This document shows positions 30,601-40,044 of a stretch of 64,000 bases of DNA, piece after piece. The stretch comes from Bythopirellula sp. (GTDB lineage: Bacteria; Planctomycetota; Planctomycetia; Pirellulales; Lacipirellulaceae). Made by a program: the position numbers and the translations under genes. Below the pieces are notes generated by a model. That model was not told where the DNA came from. It did no database searches and saw only the letters and a list, made by a program, of their open reading frames with translations. Location of the stretch: assembly GCA_965216565.1 (NCBI GenBank), contig OZ244170.1, positions 1,824,001 to 1,888,000 of the forward strand, written 5' to 3'. Numbering within the stretch: the first letter of the stretch is position 1; each line of letters opens with the position of its first letter.

Positions 30601-30636
30601 CACAATGCAGAGATTGCAATCACTTCTGCCAAATAG
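27631..30636 (+). CDS. Multidomain GH5 beta-mannanase: GH5, FN3, beta-sandwich and a second putative GH-A barrel
   Basis: WETGNEL (acid/base) and VGEFG (nucleophile); FN3 YYYRVRATN; C-terminal LSGEMG and HFTEVGIGG. Signal peptide present. Start is GTG 27631 or ATG 27640. Confidence 0.88.
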   Translation: MSDMLRSLSVWTALVIASLCSSDLCADEPATRIDFVQRRGNQLVVGEDEFRFVSFNIPNLHLIEDNFSLENSSPWRWPNKFEITDALESVRQMGGTVVRTYVLSVQREGSDMGKHIHVRGPGDFNEKGFAVLDQVLAIAREKGIRVIIPLVDNWKWWGGVAEYARFRDKKPADFWTDEQLIEDFKQTIRYTLNRRNTLTGIPYKDDPTILGWETGNELDSTPEWTRQIAAYMKEIDPKHLVIDGYALHGVRQESLDDPSIDVITTHHYPNTDKDYIAAILMAKKKIGGAKPYFVGEFGFVPTDEIERVLDTVIENDISGALIWSLRFHNRDGGFYWHREPSGDNLYKAYHWPGFPSGDAYDEREILSLMRDKAFAIRNQPIPQREPPAPPTLLPIDDVAAISWQGSAGAASYTVERAELESGPWKTIGQSISDAHVQYRPLYCDDSIEPGLQYYYRVRATNSAGTSQPSNVRGPIRPERKTLVDECETIDRLQDYTGDITVVSNQERKVQEDIHRFLIPPGNSITYKVDEAIESFRLVVFAANGNTKIDVATSAEDRNYVPAKLNSRVNSTSEGDYGYFQPILITGTPAADGEHYLRIGIPDSADPSGVQISRVEIRYAHQVQAADKPSNDTSTQAAPLGPSILLHHKPRHTAGVKSVRRAADLDCRWINVVATMHCQLNKERHVLRYGVVKGRKFIPLDANLLEAFRRRLRDTFLEAMDHDMHVAVVAHLNSWGKTNDWRNFFQFDPLQKLQGYSYEQAVIEPIVSALVEAGVPLAETELSLSGEMGHSVFSHAASYRAMIENVRGRAVTKNLGLGVSLNFNNVAGEAESSDKQHLEVQRLIEESDFLGLSNYRWFTLPPTTEIFVEAIDDFMTQLRARNVDIPQELPLHFTEVGIGGGIGEGEVALTPDQAVKTPWEGSDKRSRNPWSSTTMQSFRLQYHHALLDFLKEQPASHRVKSAYLWSEGSWDPMDIRDRGFADPQIIRMIQEHNAEIAITSAK

Positions 30637-30855
30637 AATGCCGAATAGAATATTGATCCACAGCGGCAAGGTTCTTCCACCCAGTCCCATCTCCCAAACA
30701 GGCTCAGCCCCGATCTCCAAAATATCGGCCGTGCTCAACCATCCCAATTGTCACTTCGTCGAACTTGAGTTAAGATATCCCACCTTGAATTCAGGTTCTT
30801 TCCCTGAGTCTCAAGAGTCCCTAAATTAGGGACATTCAAACAATTTAAGACCATT

Positions 30856-30929
30856 GGCGGAGTAGCTCAGTTGGTTAGAGCAGCGGAATCATAATCCGCG
30901 TGTCGGGGGTTCGAGTCCCTCCTCCGCTA
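30856..30929 (+). tRNA. tRNA-Met (CAT), elongator type; CCA not encoded
   Basis: GGCGGAGTAGCTCAGTTGGTTAGAGCAGCGGA-ATCATAA-TCCGC..GGGGGTTCGAGTCCCTCCTCCGCTA. Confidence 0.96.
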
Positions 30930-31093
30930 CTTGTGCACAGGGTTGCAGGTTGTGCATAGAGTCGCAATGCTTGGCATAGATCCGCCTAAGGGCGGGCCTT
31001 CTCGAACGGCAGGTCGTAAACCCGAATGCCAGATAGAACTGCGACAGGTGACCCGGATTCGGTAAACAATCTATGGCCGGTGCGATACCAACT

Positions 31094-32947
31094 CTACCTA
31101 GTTGCTCCAGATCTAATTCGGCTCGGGGAACGTCGGTTTCTCGATAGCGATAGTCCGAATGATGCCCCCAACAGCCCCAGACCTAGCGACGAGGGTTCTG
31201 GCACAACGTAGTCGCCGAACGTGGCGTTCAGCTGATTGAACCAGCGATCGGCATGTTCGATGAGACCTGCTTGATTGAAGTGGATACCATCCCAACGCCA
31301 ATTTGTACCGCCGCCATTAATTAAGTCGTCGGTAGAGGCTCCCACAAAATTGAGTGGATCGTTAGCGGCCACCTGTGCCTGTGCCTGGATAATAGCCGGG
31401 TCGGTAGTCGGGTTGAGATACGGTAGGAAAGAAGCTTGTGCTACGCCCCAAGGAATATCGTAGCCGGCATCAATTCGGGACTGAGCGATGATTGTTTCAA
31501 GCCGATTCACGTAATTGGCATTCGAACTATTCGCTTCGTTATCCGCTTCACCTTGATGCCAAAGTACGGCGCGGGCTCCATTGGGGCCAAGTGCTTGAAG
31601 TGCATCCTTGAGCCGGTTGTATAGGGGCTGAGAGTCGGGTCCATTGGCTCCTGGAACCCATTGATCAACACGTGTTCCACCCCAGCCTACCGAAATAAAT
31701 CCGACCGGAACATCCAAATGTCCCACAAGTTGATCACCCAACGCAGGCCAGGGCGATCCCCCAGATCCCGTGGCAATCGGTTGCGGATCATCGGCATGAC
31801 GCCAATTGTTTAGGTCGAAGGACGACACGCGATCTTCGGCCGCAGCTAATGCCGGGCTACCGTCATTGGCCGAGTTGGACTGACCGGCGATAACGAATAC
31901 TTCTCCAACCCCGACTCGTTCAACAGTGCGTTGGTCAACGACACTAGCGCCGTTGAGCGATCGGACTTCGATGTCGTACCAGCCCCCATCGAGGTCGAGA
32001 GCCCCGGCATATGCATTGCCTGACGGGCTGGCATCGATGACTTGCCAACCAGTTGTTGTGCCCGGACTTCCTGCTCGGGGTGTCGCCCGCGCTTCGATCG
32101 ACGTGATTCCATTCTCTACCGAACCGGTGATTGGAACATTGGCTTCGTTCTGCGAGTTTCTCTGGAAGATGGCTCGTCCCAGGCTGCTGTCGACAGACAA
32201 CCCACCCGGTCGGACCAAGACTTGCAGATTCTTGACTGTATAAGTGTTCGCATTTGCAGCAAAGGTCCAGTCTGGATCTCCTACGGGCCGACTTCCAATT
32301 CCTAGATCGCTAACAGAATGGCCTGGCTCCCCGCCCCATTGATTGTAAGCAAAGATCGTTTCCCCAGCCCCATAGTTGTGAACTTGAAACGAGCCGAAGT
32401 TACCATTGCCAAACTGACCGTCGCCGAAGTCGAAAGTTCCATTGTTCGCACCTGGCACGCCATTGGAATTGTTGACGTGATAGTTTCTGGGCCAAAACTC
32501 AATGTTGCCAGTCGTAATGCCCGTTCCCGTGGTTACGTTTCCTGAATTGGAAAATACGTTGAGGCCGGATACAGTCTGCTGAAAATTTGCACCGGTCGCG
32601 TCGATAGGCAGACCGACCTGTGAGATATTCGAAGTGAACGCGTCCATCGAAGCATAGGCATACTCCAGGCCGCTGCCATTGTCTAACTCTAGATAGTAAG
32701 CAACGCGATCAAACGGCGCCGTGAAAGACGCGGAGTTATCGACCGAGTAGGGCACCGATCCCGTGATGTTGTAGCTGGCATCATTGGCGATCGCCAACTC
32801 GTAGACGAGTTGATAGCCATCAATTGTGGCCTCAGGCACGTTTGTGAATACATCCGCCTGTGTGGTTGAAACACTTGCAACAGCAAGGAGCAGAGCCACT
32901 TGCAAACGGATAGTAGGCAACACAGCATTAGAGTGTAAGCGTAGCAT
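31094..32947 (-). CDS. SGNH/SASA-type carbohydrate acetylesterase with unknown N-terminal domain and PEP-CTERM
   Basis: IAGQSNS, WGGT, LWHQGEAD and DGIHFN; VPEPS tail. Confidence 0.88.
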   Translation of the reverse strand: MLRLHSNAVLPTIRLQVALLLAVASVSTTQADVFTNVPEATIDGYQLVYELAIANDASYNITGSVPYSVDNSASFTAPFDRVAYYLELDNGSGLEYAYASMDAFTSNISQVGLPIDATGANFQQTVSGLNVFSNSGNVTTGTGITTGNIEFWPRNYHVNNSNGVPGANNGTFDFGDGQFGNGNFGSFQVHNYGAGETIFAYNQWGGEPGHSVSDLGIGSRPVGDPDWTFAANANTYTVKNLQVLVRPGGLSVDSSLGRAIFQRNSQNEANVPITGSVENGITSIEARATPRAGSPGTTTGWQVIDASPSGNAYAGALDLDGGWYDIEVRSLNGASVVDQRTVERVGVGEVFVIAGQSNSANDGSPALAAAEDRVSSFDLNNWRHADDPQPIATGSGGSPWPALGDQLVGHLDVPVGFISVGWGGTRVDQWVPGANGPDSQPLYNRLKDALQALGPNGARAVLWHQGEADNEANSSNANYVNRLETIIAQSRIDAGYDIPWGVAQASFLPYLNPTTDPAIIQAQAQVAANDPLNFVGASTDDLINGGGTNWRWDGIHFNQAGLIEHADRWFNQLNATFGDYVVPEPSSLGLGLLGASFGLSLSRNRRSPSRIRSGATR

Positions 32948-33002
32948 GAGGACTTCCCGCCAAAGAAAAGATCGTCTTGAGGGCTCTAAGGAAATTCTCT
33001 AA

Positions 33003-33031
33003 CCCCCTTCCCCGTAGACAAGGAAAGGGGG
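33003..33031 (-). terminator. Intergenic stem-loop after the small PEP-CTERM gene
   Basis: Minus-strand CCCCCTTTCC-TTGTCTACG-GGGAAGGGGG, a 10-bp stem with one G-U pair. Confidence 0.6.
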
Positions 33032-33046
33032 CTAGGGAAACGAGTT

Positions 33047-33790
33047 CTACATTCTGCGACGGCCGCAGGCCACCAAGCCGATGAGCCCTAGAACCAATGT
33101 TGTCGGTTCTGGAATTGCGGCACCTGAGATGGCGTGAAACACTGCGTGGTCGCCACCAGTTATCGCCAGATCAATCGATGTCACTGTTCTCAGCTGATCA
33201 GCAGGCGAGAGCGTGAAGGTGCGCTCTGCCATAGCTAAGGTTCCGTTGTAGAAGAACTCGCCAGAAGTATTCCACAGGCCATGATCTTGCGAGACGTCCT
33301 GAGGCGAATGAACAACCCATTCGATGCCGCCGCCATTGAGAACGGTGGCTGGACCAGAGGAGAAATTGACCGTGGCATCCCAAGTAATTTCATTGGGAGT
33401 GCCGTTGCCGCCGGTCTTCTGTGTTGTCGTTAGAAAAGCCAATTCTGAGAATTGACCTGGGGAGTTCAGCGTGAACGTTCCCGCATTGTGAATCGCGTTA
33501 TTCCCGGAGTAATCTTCGATGTCGTAGCTTGTACCGGAAGGACCAACGAGTGTGCCGCCAACGCTCAAGCCCTGGATAGAACTGCCCCAGCCACTTTCAT
33601 ACAGCACCCAATCCGCGATATTGGCGTTCGTCGCACCCAAGGCGCCAGCGGGGGTGAAATCTGCGGTATTCTCCACGACTAGGTCTTCATCCCAGCCCGA
33701 TCCCAAGATAGGAGTGCTGGCCGCCTCCACACTTGCCACGGCGGATAGAACTGTGGCAATAGCCACGGATAGAGTAATGCACTTCTTCAT
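33047..33790 (-). CDS. Small PEP-CTERM protein of unknown function
   Basis: Signal peptide, GWDEDLVVE start and IPEPT tail. Confidence 0.85.
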   Translation of the reverse strand: MKKCITLSVAIATVLSAVASVEAASTPILGSGWDEDLVVENTADFTPAGALGATNANIADWVLYESGWGSSIQGLSVGGTLVGPSGTSYDIEDYSGNNAIHNAGTFTLNSPGQFSELAFLTTTQKTGGNGTPNEITWDATVNFSSGPATVLNGGGIEWVVHSPQDVSQDHGLWNTSGEFFYNGTLAMAERTFTLSPADQLRTVTSIDLAITGGDHAVFHAISGAAIPEPTTLVLGLIGLVACGRRRM

Positions 33791-33887
33791 TAGACTTCCT
33801 TCGATAAAGACGTTCGCAGCTTCGGGGAAAGGCGAATAGCTACGTTGAAAAGTGAAAATAAGAGTAAATCTTTCCCTAGCTTGCCGT

Positions 33888-33958
33888 ATTGTAACAACTA
33901 ATTTGAGCGCAATAGGTCTAAAGTGATTTAATTAATTACAAAACTTGTTGTAACAACT
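33888..33958. promoter_or_regulatory. Two GntR-type operator candidates (TTGTAACAACT) in an AT-rich promoter
   Basis: ATTGTAACAACT (33888-33899) and GTTGTAACAACT (33947-33958), each a TTGT-N-ACAA palindrome. Confidence 0.5.
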
Positions 33959-34113
33959 CTGCCGTCGATAATTCCAAGGCACAAAAGCTAGAAAGGCGCA
34001 AGGGCCCTCGATTGGACGCACCTGATTTGAGAACCGTAGACGGGTTAACACCCAATAGTCGTCACTGATTACTTTCGAGAATCAACTAACAGGCGGCGTA
34101 GGAGAAACGAGGC

Positions 34114-34920
34114 CTACGAGCCGAGAGGGTGGGGAGATCGATGGCTGATTCTCAGAAACAAAGAGGAGAAAGTTCCGCAGACCAGCATTAATCCTGCGCC
34201 CGGTTCTGGGACCGGTATTCCATTCAGGGCCAAGTACTCTTCGAGGTAGAGAGATGCATGGTGCAGACGCTCGACAGGACCGGCACCATCGGGGGAAAGT
34301 ATGACGAAGAGAGGATCGCTGGATTCGTACTGTGAGGCTTCCGGGGCGGGTGCTGTTGCCGACAGCCTGAGCTGAAGGACGTGGATCTCGTTGAGCGGCT
34401 GACCAACGGTGCTGTAACTGGGAACGATGTCCCCGGTGCCTCCCGACGGAACTGACGTGCTAAGCTGAATCGTTCCAAGGGAATCCGTAGTGATTGGTGC
34501 CGCTAAGGTTTGTATGGATATCACCTCCCCCGGGTCGAGCGATTCGAGGTTTGGAATTGTTCCCGCAGCGGGCATGATCGAGGGGGCTACCCACTGCCAG
34601 GAATCGATTAATTCCAACTCCAGGGAATAGCCGGCAAGAAACGAAGAAGCAACTTGGGGGGTAACTTCAAATTCTGGAAACGTGGTACTCGATTGATCGA
34701 GCTGAGAAATGTAGTTGCTCCAATGATCGTGGATGCTGTTGACGTACAAGCGAACCGCCGGGGCACCATCGTCCGCTCCGTTATTTACCCCCTGAGCCTG
34801 TAGTTTTCCGGCAACCACTTCAATTTCGAAACCACGACCGTCGTGGGCGTGGGCAGAAATTGTTCCCTGCACCATAGCAATCAGAAACAGGCCAAGTTGC
34901 AGTATTCTCGGTTTCATCAT
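34114..34920 (-). CDS. PEP-CTERM protein, His-containing, unknown function
   Basis: Signal peptide ending near AHA-HD; IHDHW and LHHAS; VPEPG tail. Confidence 0.82.
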   Translation of the reverse strand: MMKPRILQLGLFLIAMVQGTISAHAHDGRGFEIEVVAGKLQAQGVNNGADDGAPAVRLYVNSIHDHWSNYISQLDQSSTTFPEFEVTPQVASSFLAGYSLELELIDSWQWVAPSIMPAAGTIPNLESLDPGEVISIQTLAAPITTDSLGTIQLSTSVPSGGTGDIVPSYSTVGQPLNEIHVLQLRLSATAPAPEASQYESSDPLFVILSPDGAGPVERLHHASLYLEEYLALNGIPVPEPGAGLMLVCGTFSSLFLRISHRSPHPLGS

Positions 34921-34963
34921 CTATATATTCTAATTGCAGATGCGTATTGCACAGCAAATGCGC

Positions 34964-37900
34964 CTATCGTCTCCAGGACAGGCGCATGACGCCCAACAAG
35001 AGAGCTAGGATTAAGCAATTGGGCTCAGGAACCGTCGTTGCAGCAGGTAGAGAAGCACTCTGGCTGCCGTAGTTGGCTTGCCATAGTTGCAAATCCGCAC
35101 CATTAACCTGGCCGTCGTTGTTGGCATCACCATCGGAGATCGTCGCTCCGGACAAGATGCCGTTGCCCTGCTGCCAAATAAGAAAGTCGAGGCCGTCGAC
35201 GTCGCCGTCTAAATCGAAGTCTCCTTGGATACCAGAAAGTACCCCATAAAACTGAATCTCCGCAATCTGCATCGAGTTAGCACTTCCAGCGTCATGGAGA
35301 TCCGTAAAAATAATCCTGTAGGATGAGTAAGGAATCGTAGAGCCATCAATGGATTGCAGCGGGGCATATGTATTACGAGCAGAAGGTAAGGCAAGTGTTC
35401 CCGTGTCAATCAACGTCCAAGTTTCGGAGGTTCCTGTGCTATTGTCGGCGCTTGCGATCAAATCGTTCGTCCCGAACAGTTCCCAGGTAGATGGATCTCG
35501 CTCTTGAAAATCGTCCGCCGTGATGATCTGAAAGCTCTCTACAAATGAAGGCCCTAGAGCGGGAGTTACGATAAATCCAGAGTTGATCTCGCCAAAGTTC
35601 AAGTACTTATCTAGAGTGCCGTCTATGGCGTTGGCTGGGGACTCCTCTGCGGGATAAGAACTATTACCCCCCGCATCAATGGCAATGATCGCATCGCCGG
35701 GAGTCAATATAGCTTCGCCATCCTGCACTACGGTGCCAAAGAATTTGAGCTCGCCTATTTGCATCTCACCCGCCTCTAGCCCTCCCTTAAGATCAGTGAA
35801 AATCAATCTATAGGAAGAATAGGTGGTGGTATTCGCTACCGTCACTAATGGTCCGAGAGTGTTGCGAGCAGTGGGCAAGGCTATTGCTCCAGAATCCATC
35901 AACGACCAATTCTCAGCCAACCCAGTGCTGTTGTCGGCGCTTGTTACCGGATCGGTCGTCCCAAATAGCTGCCAGCCTGATGGATCTCGATTCTCGAAAT
36001 CGTTGGGCGTCGAGAGCTGGAAACTCTCGATAACCGAAGCACCGCTGACTGGAGTGATGATCAATCCTGAGTTTAGATCGCCAAAATTTAGATACTTCTG
36101 GTTTGTGCCATCGACAGCCTTTGCAGGCGATTCTTCTGCTGGGTAAGAACTGTTGCCGTCCGTATCAACCGCAAGCACTACATCCGCAGCAGACAGTAGT
36201 CCGGGAGTCTCGTGAATGCCAACATTGCCAAAGAATTCAATCTCAGCGATTTGCATCGAATCGGCTACGGCTGCGTTCTTAATTCCAGTAAACAGCATGC
36301 GATACGATGTGTAGCTGTCGTTGTTTGCAACTGTAACTAGTGGTCCCAAGGTGTCTCGAGCATCGGGCAACGCTACCGAACCAGTGTCGATTAGAACCCA
36401 ATTTTCGTTGGTACCAGCGCTGTTATCGCTACTGGTCACGGAATCCTTCGTACCATAGAGTTCCCAAGTCGTAGGATCGCGCTCACTAGCGTCATTGGCC
36501 GTGGTGATCCGAAACTCTTTCACCACGGAACCACCGGTCGAAGGTGTGGCAATGAACCCAGAGTTCTCTTCACCAAAGTTAAGATACTTGGCCAACGTTC
36601 CATCAACGGCGTGTCCCGGCGGTTCCGGACCGTTGGGTGCTCCAGCGATGGGATAGGAGCTATTTCCATCGGTATCAATCGCAATGATTGGATCTCCCGG
36701 CAGAAAGATGGAGGGTAGGGTGGTAATTCCTCCATCTCCGAAAAACTGGACCTCACCAATCTGCATTGCATCGGTGGCCCCAGCGTTCTTCAAATCGTTA
36801 AAGACCATGTAGTAAGAAGAATAGACGTCGGAATTGTCAACGGCCATCAAGGGACCAACCGTATTGCGAGACTGTGGCAAAGATACGGGTCCCGAATCGA
36901 GCAAAGTCCAACTTTCGTTGGTACCCGTACTGTTGTCACTGCTAGTGACTGGATCGTTGGTTCCGTAGAGTTGCCAAGACGAAGGATCGCGCTCAGGCAC
37001 GTCGTCGGCCGTAGTGATTTGAAAGCTTCTCACAACCGAAGACCCCGCCGACGGGGAGACGATGAAACCTGAGTTGGACTTGCCAAAGTTGAGGTATTTC
37101 GCTCCAGAACGATCAATTGCATTTTGAGGTGCTTCGCCACTTGGATAGGAACTGTCTCCATCGAGATCGACCGCGAGAATCGGGTCGATTGGTTGTAGTA
37201 AAGGGTTACCGCCTGCTGATTCGGCCAGGCCGATATCAACTGCAAACGAAGCATTGGCAATCAACTGCCCTGACGCTTGGATATTGGTATCGACGAAACC
37301 TAAAGGCGCGCCCGCATCCACCGATATGACGCTGGTAAACTGCACAGGAAAATTCATTTGTGCATGGAAGGTTGTCAGATTACCAATCGTAGAGCCTTGA
37401 GTCAGATTGATTGTTCCATTGGTGCCACCCGGGGCGAAGCCACCGATGTTGTTCGAAGCGAGATCAATTGTCGTGGTGGCCGATCCGCTGACGTTGAGAG
37501 AGCCTTCATTGAAGGTAGTTAGGTGCTGAGATGCATCGAAGCTATGATTCAAGTCTCCGAAACCCAATGAATTAATAGATGCAGGCGGAGACGGAGTATT
37601 TACGGTACCCACAATGCCAACGGCATCGACGTGAATATTGATGCCGAATCCGGGGTTAATATCGAAGCTCATCTGGTTGTTGGCAGCAACTCGCCCACCA
37701 GTGAGGTTCAGTCCTGAGATCCTGGGTGTGGCTGCCGATGGATCAATTGTCAGAATCGATCCCAGCGTTCCGCTAAAGGAAGCAGAGTCGAAATCAGATT
37801 GCCCCAAGGCTTCAACGGTAAAAGCAACGTTCGAAAGATTACTGTCCAGCGTAAAGATGGGATTAACGTCAATTGCCAGCGCCAGCCCCCCTCTCAAGCA

Positions 37901-37990
37901 GAGGAGGAAGACCGCAACTCTTAAAATGTAGGGATCTCGAGGCCTTGCCCTAAAATGTACTGTTGCGATTTTCGAGACCGTTGTATTCAT
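34964..37990 (-). CDS. PEP-CTERM protein: unknown N-domain, four discoidin-like repeats and dockerin-like module
   Basis: Four KYLNFG..TTANDxxERDP..MQIxE repeats; VPEPN tail. ATG 37990 overlaps the upstream stop (ATGA). Confidence 0.88.
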   Translation of the reverse strand: MNTTVSKIATVHFRARPRDPYILRVAVFLLCLRGGLALAIDVNPIFTLDSNLSNVAFTVEALGQSDFDSASFSGTLGSILTIDPSAATPRISGLNLTGGRVAANNQMSFDINPGFGINIHVDAVGIVGTVNTPSPPASINSLGFGDLNHSFDASQHLTTFNEGSLNVSGSATTTIDLASNNIGGFAPGGTNGTINLTQGSTIGNLTTFHAQMNFPVQFTSVISVDAGAPLGFVDTNIQASGQLIANASFAVDIGLAESAGGNPLLQPIDPILAVDLDGDSSYPSGEAPQNAIDRSGAKYLNFGKSNSGFIVSPSAGSSVVRSFQITTADDVPERDPSSWQLYGTNDPVTSSDNSTGTNESWTLLDSGPVSLPQSRNTVGPLMAVDNSDVYSSYYMVFNDLKNAGATDAMQIGEVQFFGDGGITTLPSIFLPGDPIIAIDTDGNSSYPIAGAPNGPEPPGHAVDGTLAKYLNFGEENSGFIATPSTGGSVVKEFRITTANDASERDPTTWELYGTKDSVTSSDNSAGTNENWVLIDTGSVALPDARDTLGPLVTVANNDSYTSYRMLFTGIKNAAVADSMQIAEIEFFGNVGIHETPGLLSAADVVLAVDTDGNSSYPAEESPAKAVDGTNQKYLNFGDLNSGLIITPVSGASVIESFQLSTPNDFENRDPSGWQLFGTTDPVTSADNSTGLAENWSLMDSGAIALPTARNTLGPLVTVANTTTYSSYRLIFTDLKGGLEAGEMQIGELKFFGTVVQDGEAILTPGDAIIAIDAGGNSSYPAEESPANAIDGTLDKYLNFGEINSGFIVTPALGPSFVESFQIITADDFQERDPSTWELFGTNDLIASADNSTGTSETWTLIDTGTLALPSARNTYAPLQSIDGSTIPYSSYRIIFTDLHDAGSANSMQIAEIQFYGVLSGIQGDFDLDGDVDGLDFLIWQQGNGILSGATISDGDANNDGQVNGADLQLWQANYGSQSASLPAATTVPEPNCLILALLLGVMRLSWRR

Positions 37991-39852
37991 CGTCTGTAGC
38001 AAAAACAGATGAGACCGAGCATAGAAGCCAATACCATGCAGCTGGGCTCGGGGACAGTCGTGGTGCTTGGCGAACCCGAACTTGAATTGCCATAATTGGC
38101 TTGCCAGATTTGCAAATCCAGATTGTCAACTTTCCCATCGTCGTTCGCATCTCCATCTGAGATTTCCGCCCCCGACATTATCCCAAAACCACTTTGCCAG
38201 CTAAGAAAGTCCATGCCGTCGACATCACCATCTTCGTCAAAGTCACCTGGCTCAAAGCTAGGCGCGACGGGTGTTCCGAAGTTGTTACGCAGGTGAATGA
38301 TCAACTCCTCGAGAGTGACCAATTCAACATCACTGTCGAGATGCTGCAACATGTAATTAACGTTGCTCATCGGATCGCCCTGTCCGCCCCCTGCAGGATC
38401 AGTTGCCCAAGGATTCAGGTTGACGATCGTATAGGACCCTTGATCGTTGAGAGGGTCGGTAGGTGCTGCGTTGAGCCCGCTGACAATGTCATCGGGAGTA
38501 TCGAAGCCATCCCAGAGCGTGTATTTCGTCGACACAATTGGCTTGCCGTTGTGCCAGAAGATTTCGCCGTCCAGCCCCGTGTAGGCGGGCCCGGTCTTCA
38601 GCATCATGCCCATAACATCTTCGTGGGCAACCATCTCGTTGTAGACCGTAAAGTCGGGAGCCCCGGGCCCGTCGTCTAGCACTGAAATTATGTTTTGATC
38701 GACGGCGTTCATAGCAGACACAGTTGCATCCATGAACCCAGAGACGTCAGTCGTGAGGCTCGGATAGGTTAGGCCGTGCCCACCAGGAGTAACAAAAAAC
38801 GTTTTGTTTTCATCGGCGGCCACTTCCTCGTAGAAGTATTTCAAAGCGACCGGATTTGCATCCTTCAGTGACGGGCTGATATCAAAGGTCATATCAAAGT
38901 CCCCGCGATACGGTGAGCCAAACCAACGTTCATCCCGAAAGATGTTTGTGAGCCATTGAATGTTGTCACCATCACTCATCACAAACGCAACGTAGTGCTT
39001 GCCAGGATCGGTAGGTATATCGGTTGGTGTATGTGCAACTTGCTGAGGTATTTCCGTATCCCAAGCAGAAAAAGGTCCCGCGGACTGCAAATGATCCGCT
39101 GGGACAGCCATTAGGTTGTTTTTTGTAGCGGAACTGAAGAATTCGTTTTCGCTATTGTTGTAGCCCCACCCGTAGACGAGTGAGTGGTCATTCTGGCCCG
39201 CAAGATAGATGTCTCGAAAGAATCCCGTTTCGTCAAAGACAAAACCGCCTTCTTTCACTGCGAAACTACGGAGCTGATGGGACAAGGTTGGCTGCTGACG
39301 AAAGATGACGTCTTTGTTGAATTGGGAGCTGTAATTGAGATACACCCAGCCATTGCTCCTCCCTCGAACATCTTCAACTTGATTCAACCCGGCATTAGTA
39401 AGTGCTGTGCCAATTGGCCCTGCGAGTAGCGATTCATCAACCATGAGTGCCCCCAACGCTCCGGCAACACTAGTGGCTTGATTGATGGAGTCGGGGTCGT
39501 AGACCACATAGCCGGCCAAATCGTTCTTGTATCGATCGATAAACCATTCCTCCCAACCCCGCCAAATCTTTTGAGTGCCTGGATTTTGAGCGACATATTG
39601 GTCTACCCAGAATTCGGGATCGGCGTCGAACTCCGACAACTTGAATCCCATGGCGACCTCGGCGCTAGTTCGCGCAACCACGCCGGCCAAGCTCGCCATC
39701 ATTTCCCGCTCCGGGTCTCCACCTTGATCCATATCGTAGACGTAGACTGTGGAAGGACTTGCTGCCTTAAGTACGTCCACGCAGAATGTGTGCCCAGACA
39801 GACAGGCTAATAGTATCCAAAGTCGCAATGAGATTTTCGGACTCGCCATCAT
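37987..39852 (-). CDS. GxGYxYP-family putative glycoside hydrolase with dockerin-like module and PEP-CTERM
   Basis: VYGWG..ENEF, FVMSDGDNIQW, PGGHGLTYP (a GxGYxYP variant), GKPIVS and VPEPS tail. Confidence 0.82.
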   Translation of the reverse strand: MMASPKISLRLWILLACLSGHTFCVDVLKAASPSTVYVYDMDQGGDPEREMMASLAGVVARTSAEVAMGFKLSEFDADPEFWVDQYVAQNPGTQKIWRGWEEWFIDRYKNDLAGYVVYDPDSINQATSVAGALGALMVDESLLAGPIGTALTNAGLNQVEDVRGRSNGWVYLNYSSQFNKDVIFRQQPTLSHQLRSFAVKEGGFVFDETGFFRDIYLAGQNDHSLVYGWGYNNSENEFFSSATKNNLMAVPADHLQSAGPFSAWDTEIPQQVAHTPTDIPTDPGKHYVAFVMSDGDNIQWLTNIFRDERWFGSPYRGDFDMTFDISPSLKDANPVALKYFYEEVAADENKTFFVTPGGHGLTYPSLTTDVSGFMDATVSAMNAVDQNIISVLDDGPGAPDFTVYNEMVAHEDVMGMMLKTGPAYTGLDGEIFWHNGKPIVSTKYTLWDGFDTPDDIVSGLNAAPTDPLNDQGSYTIVNLNPWATDPAGGGQGDPMSNVNYMLQHLDSDVELVTLEELIIHLRNNFGTPVAPSFEPGDFDEDGDVDGMDFLSWQSGFGIMSGAEISDGDANDDGKVDNLDLQIWQANYGNSSSGSPSTTTVPEPSCMVLASMLGLICFCYRR

Positions 39853-40044
39853 AACTCTTCTCTCAAATTCAATAGCCATTGGTATTTTTGGTCCAGAAGT
39901 CCCCTAAGGTCTGCCACAGTTAAGTAGGCTTAGGATGATGGACTCATATTTAGCTGTTTAGGTAGTGAATAATAATCGCGAGAACGCTAGCCGAGGCAAT
40001 TCCACAGTTCGCATGAAGTAACTCGCTTCAAATACAAATTGATC

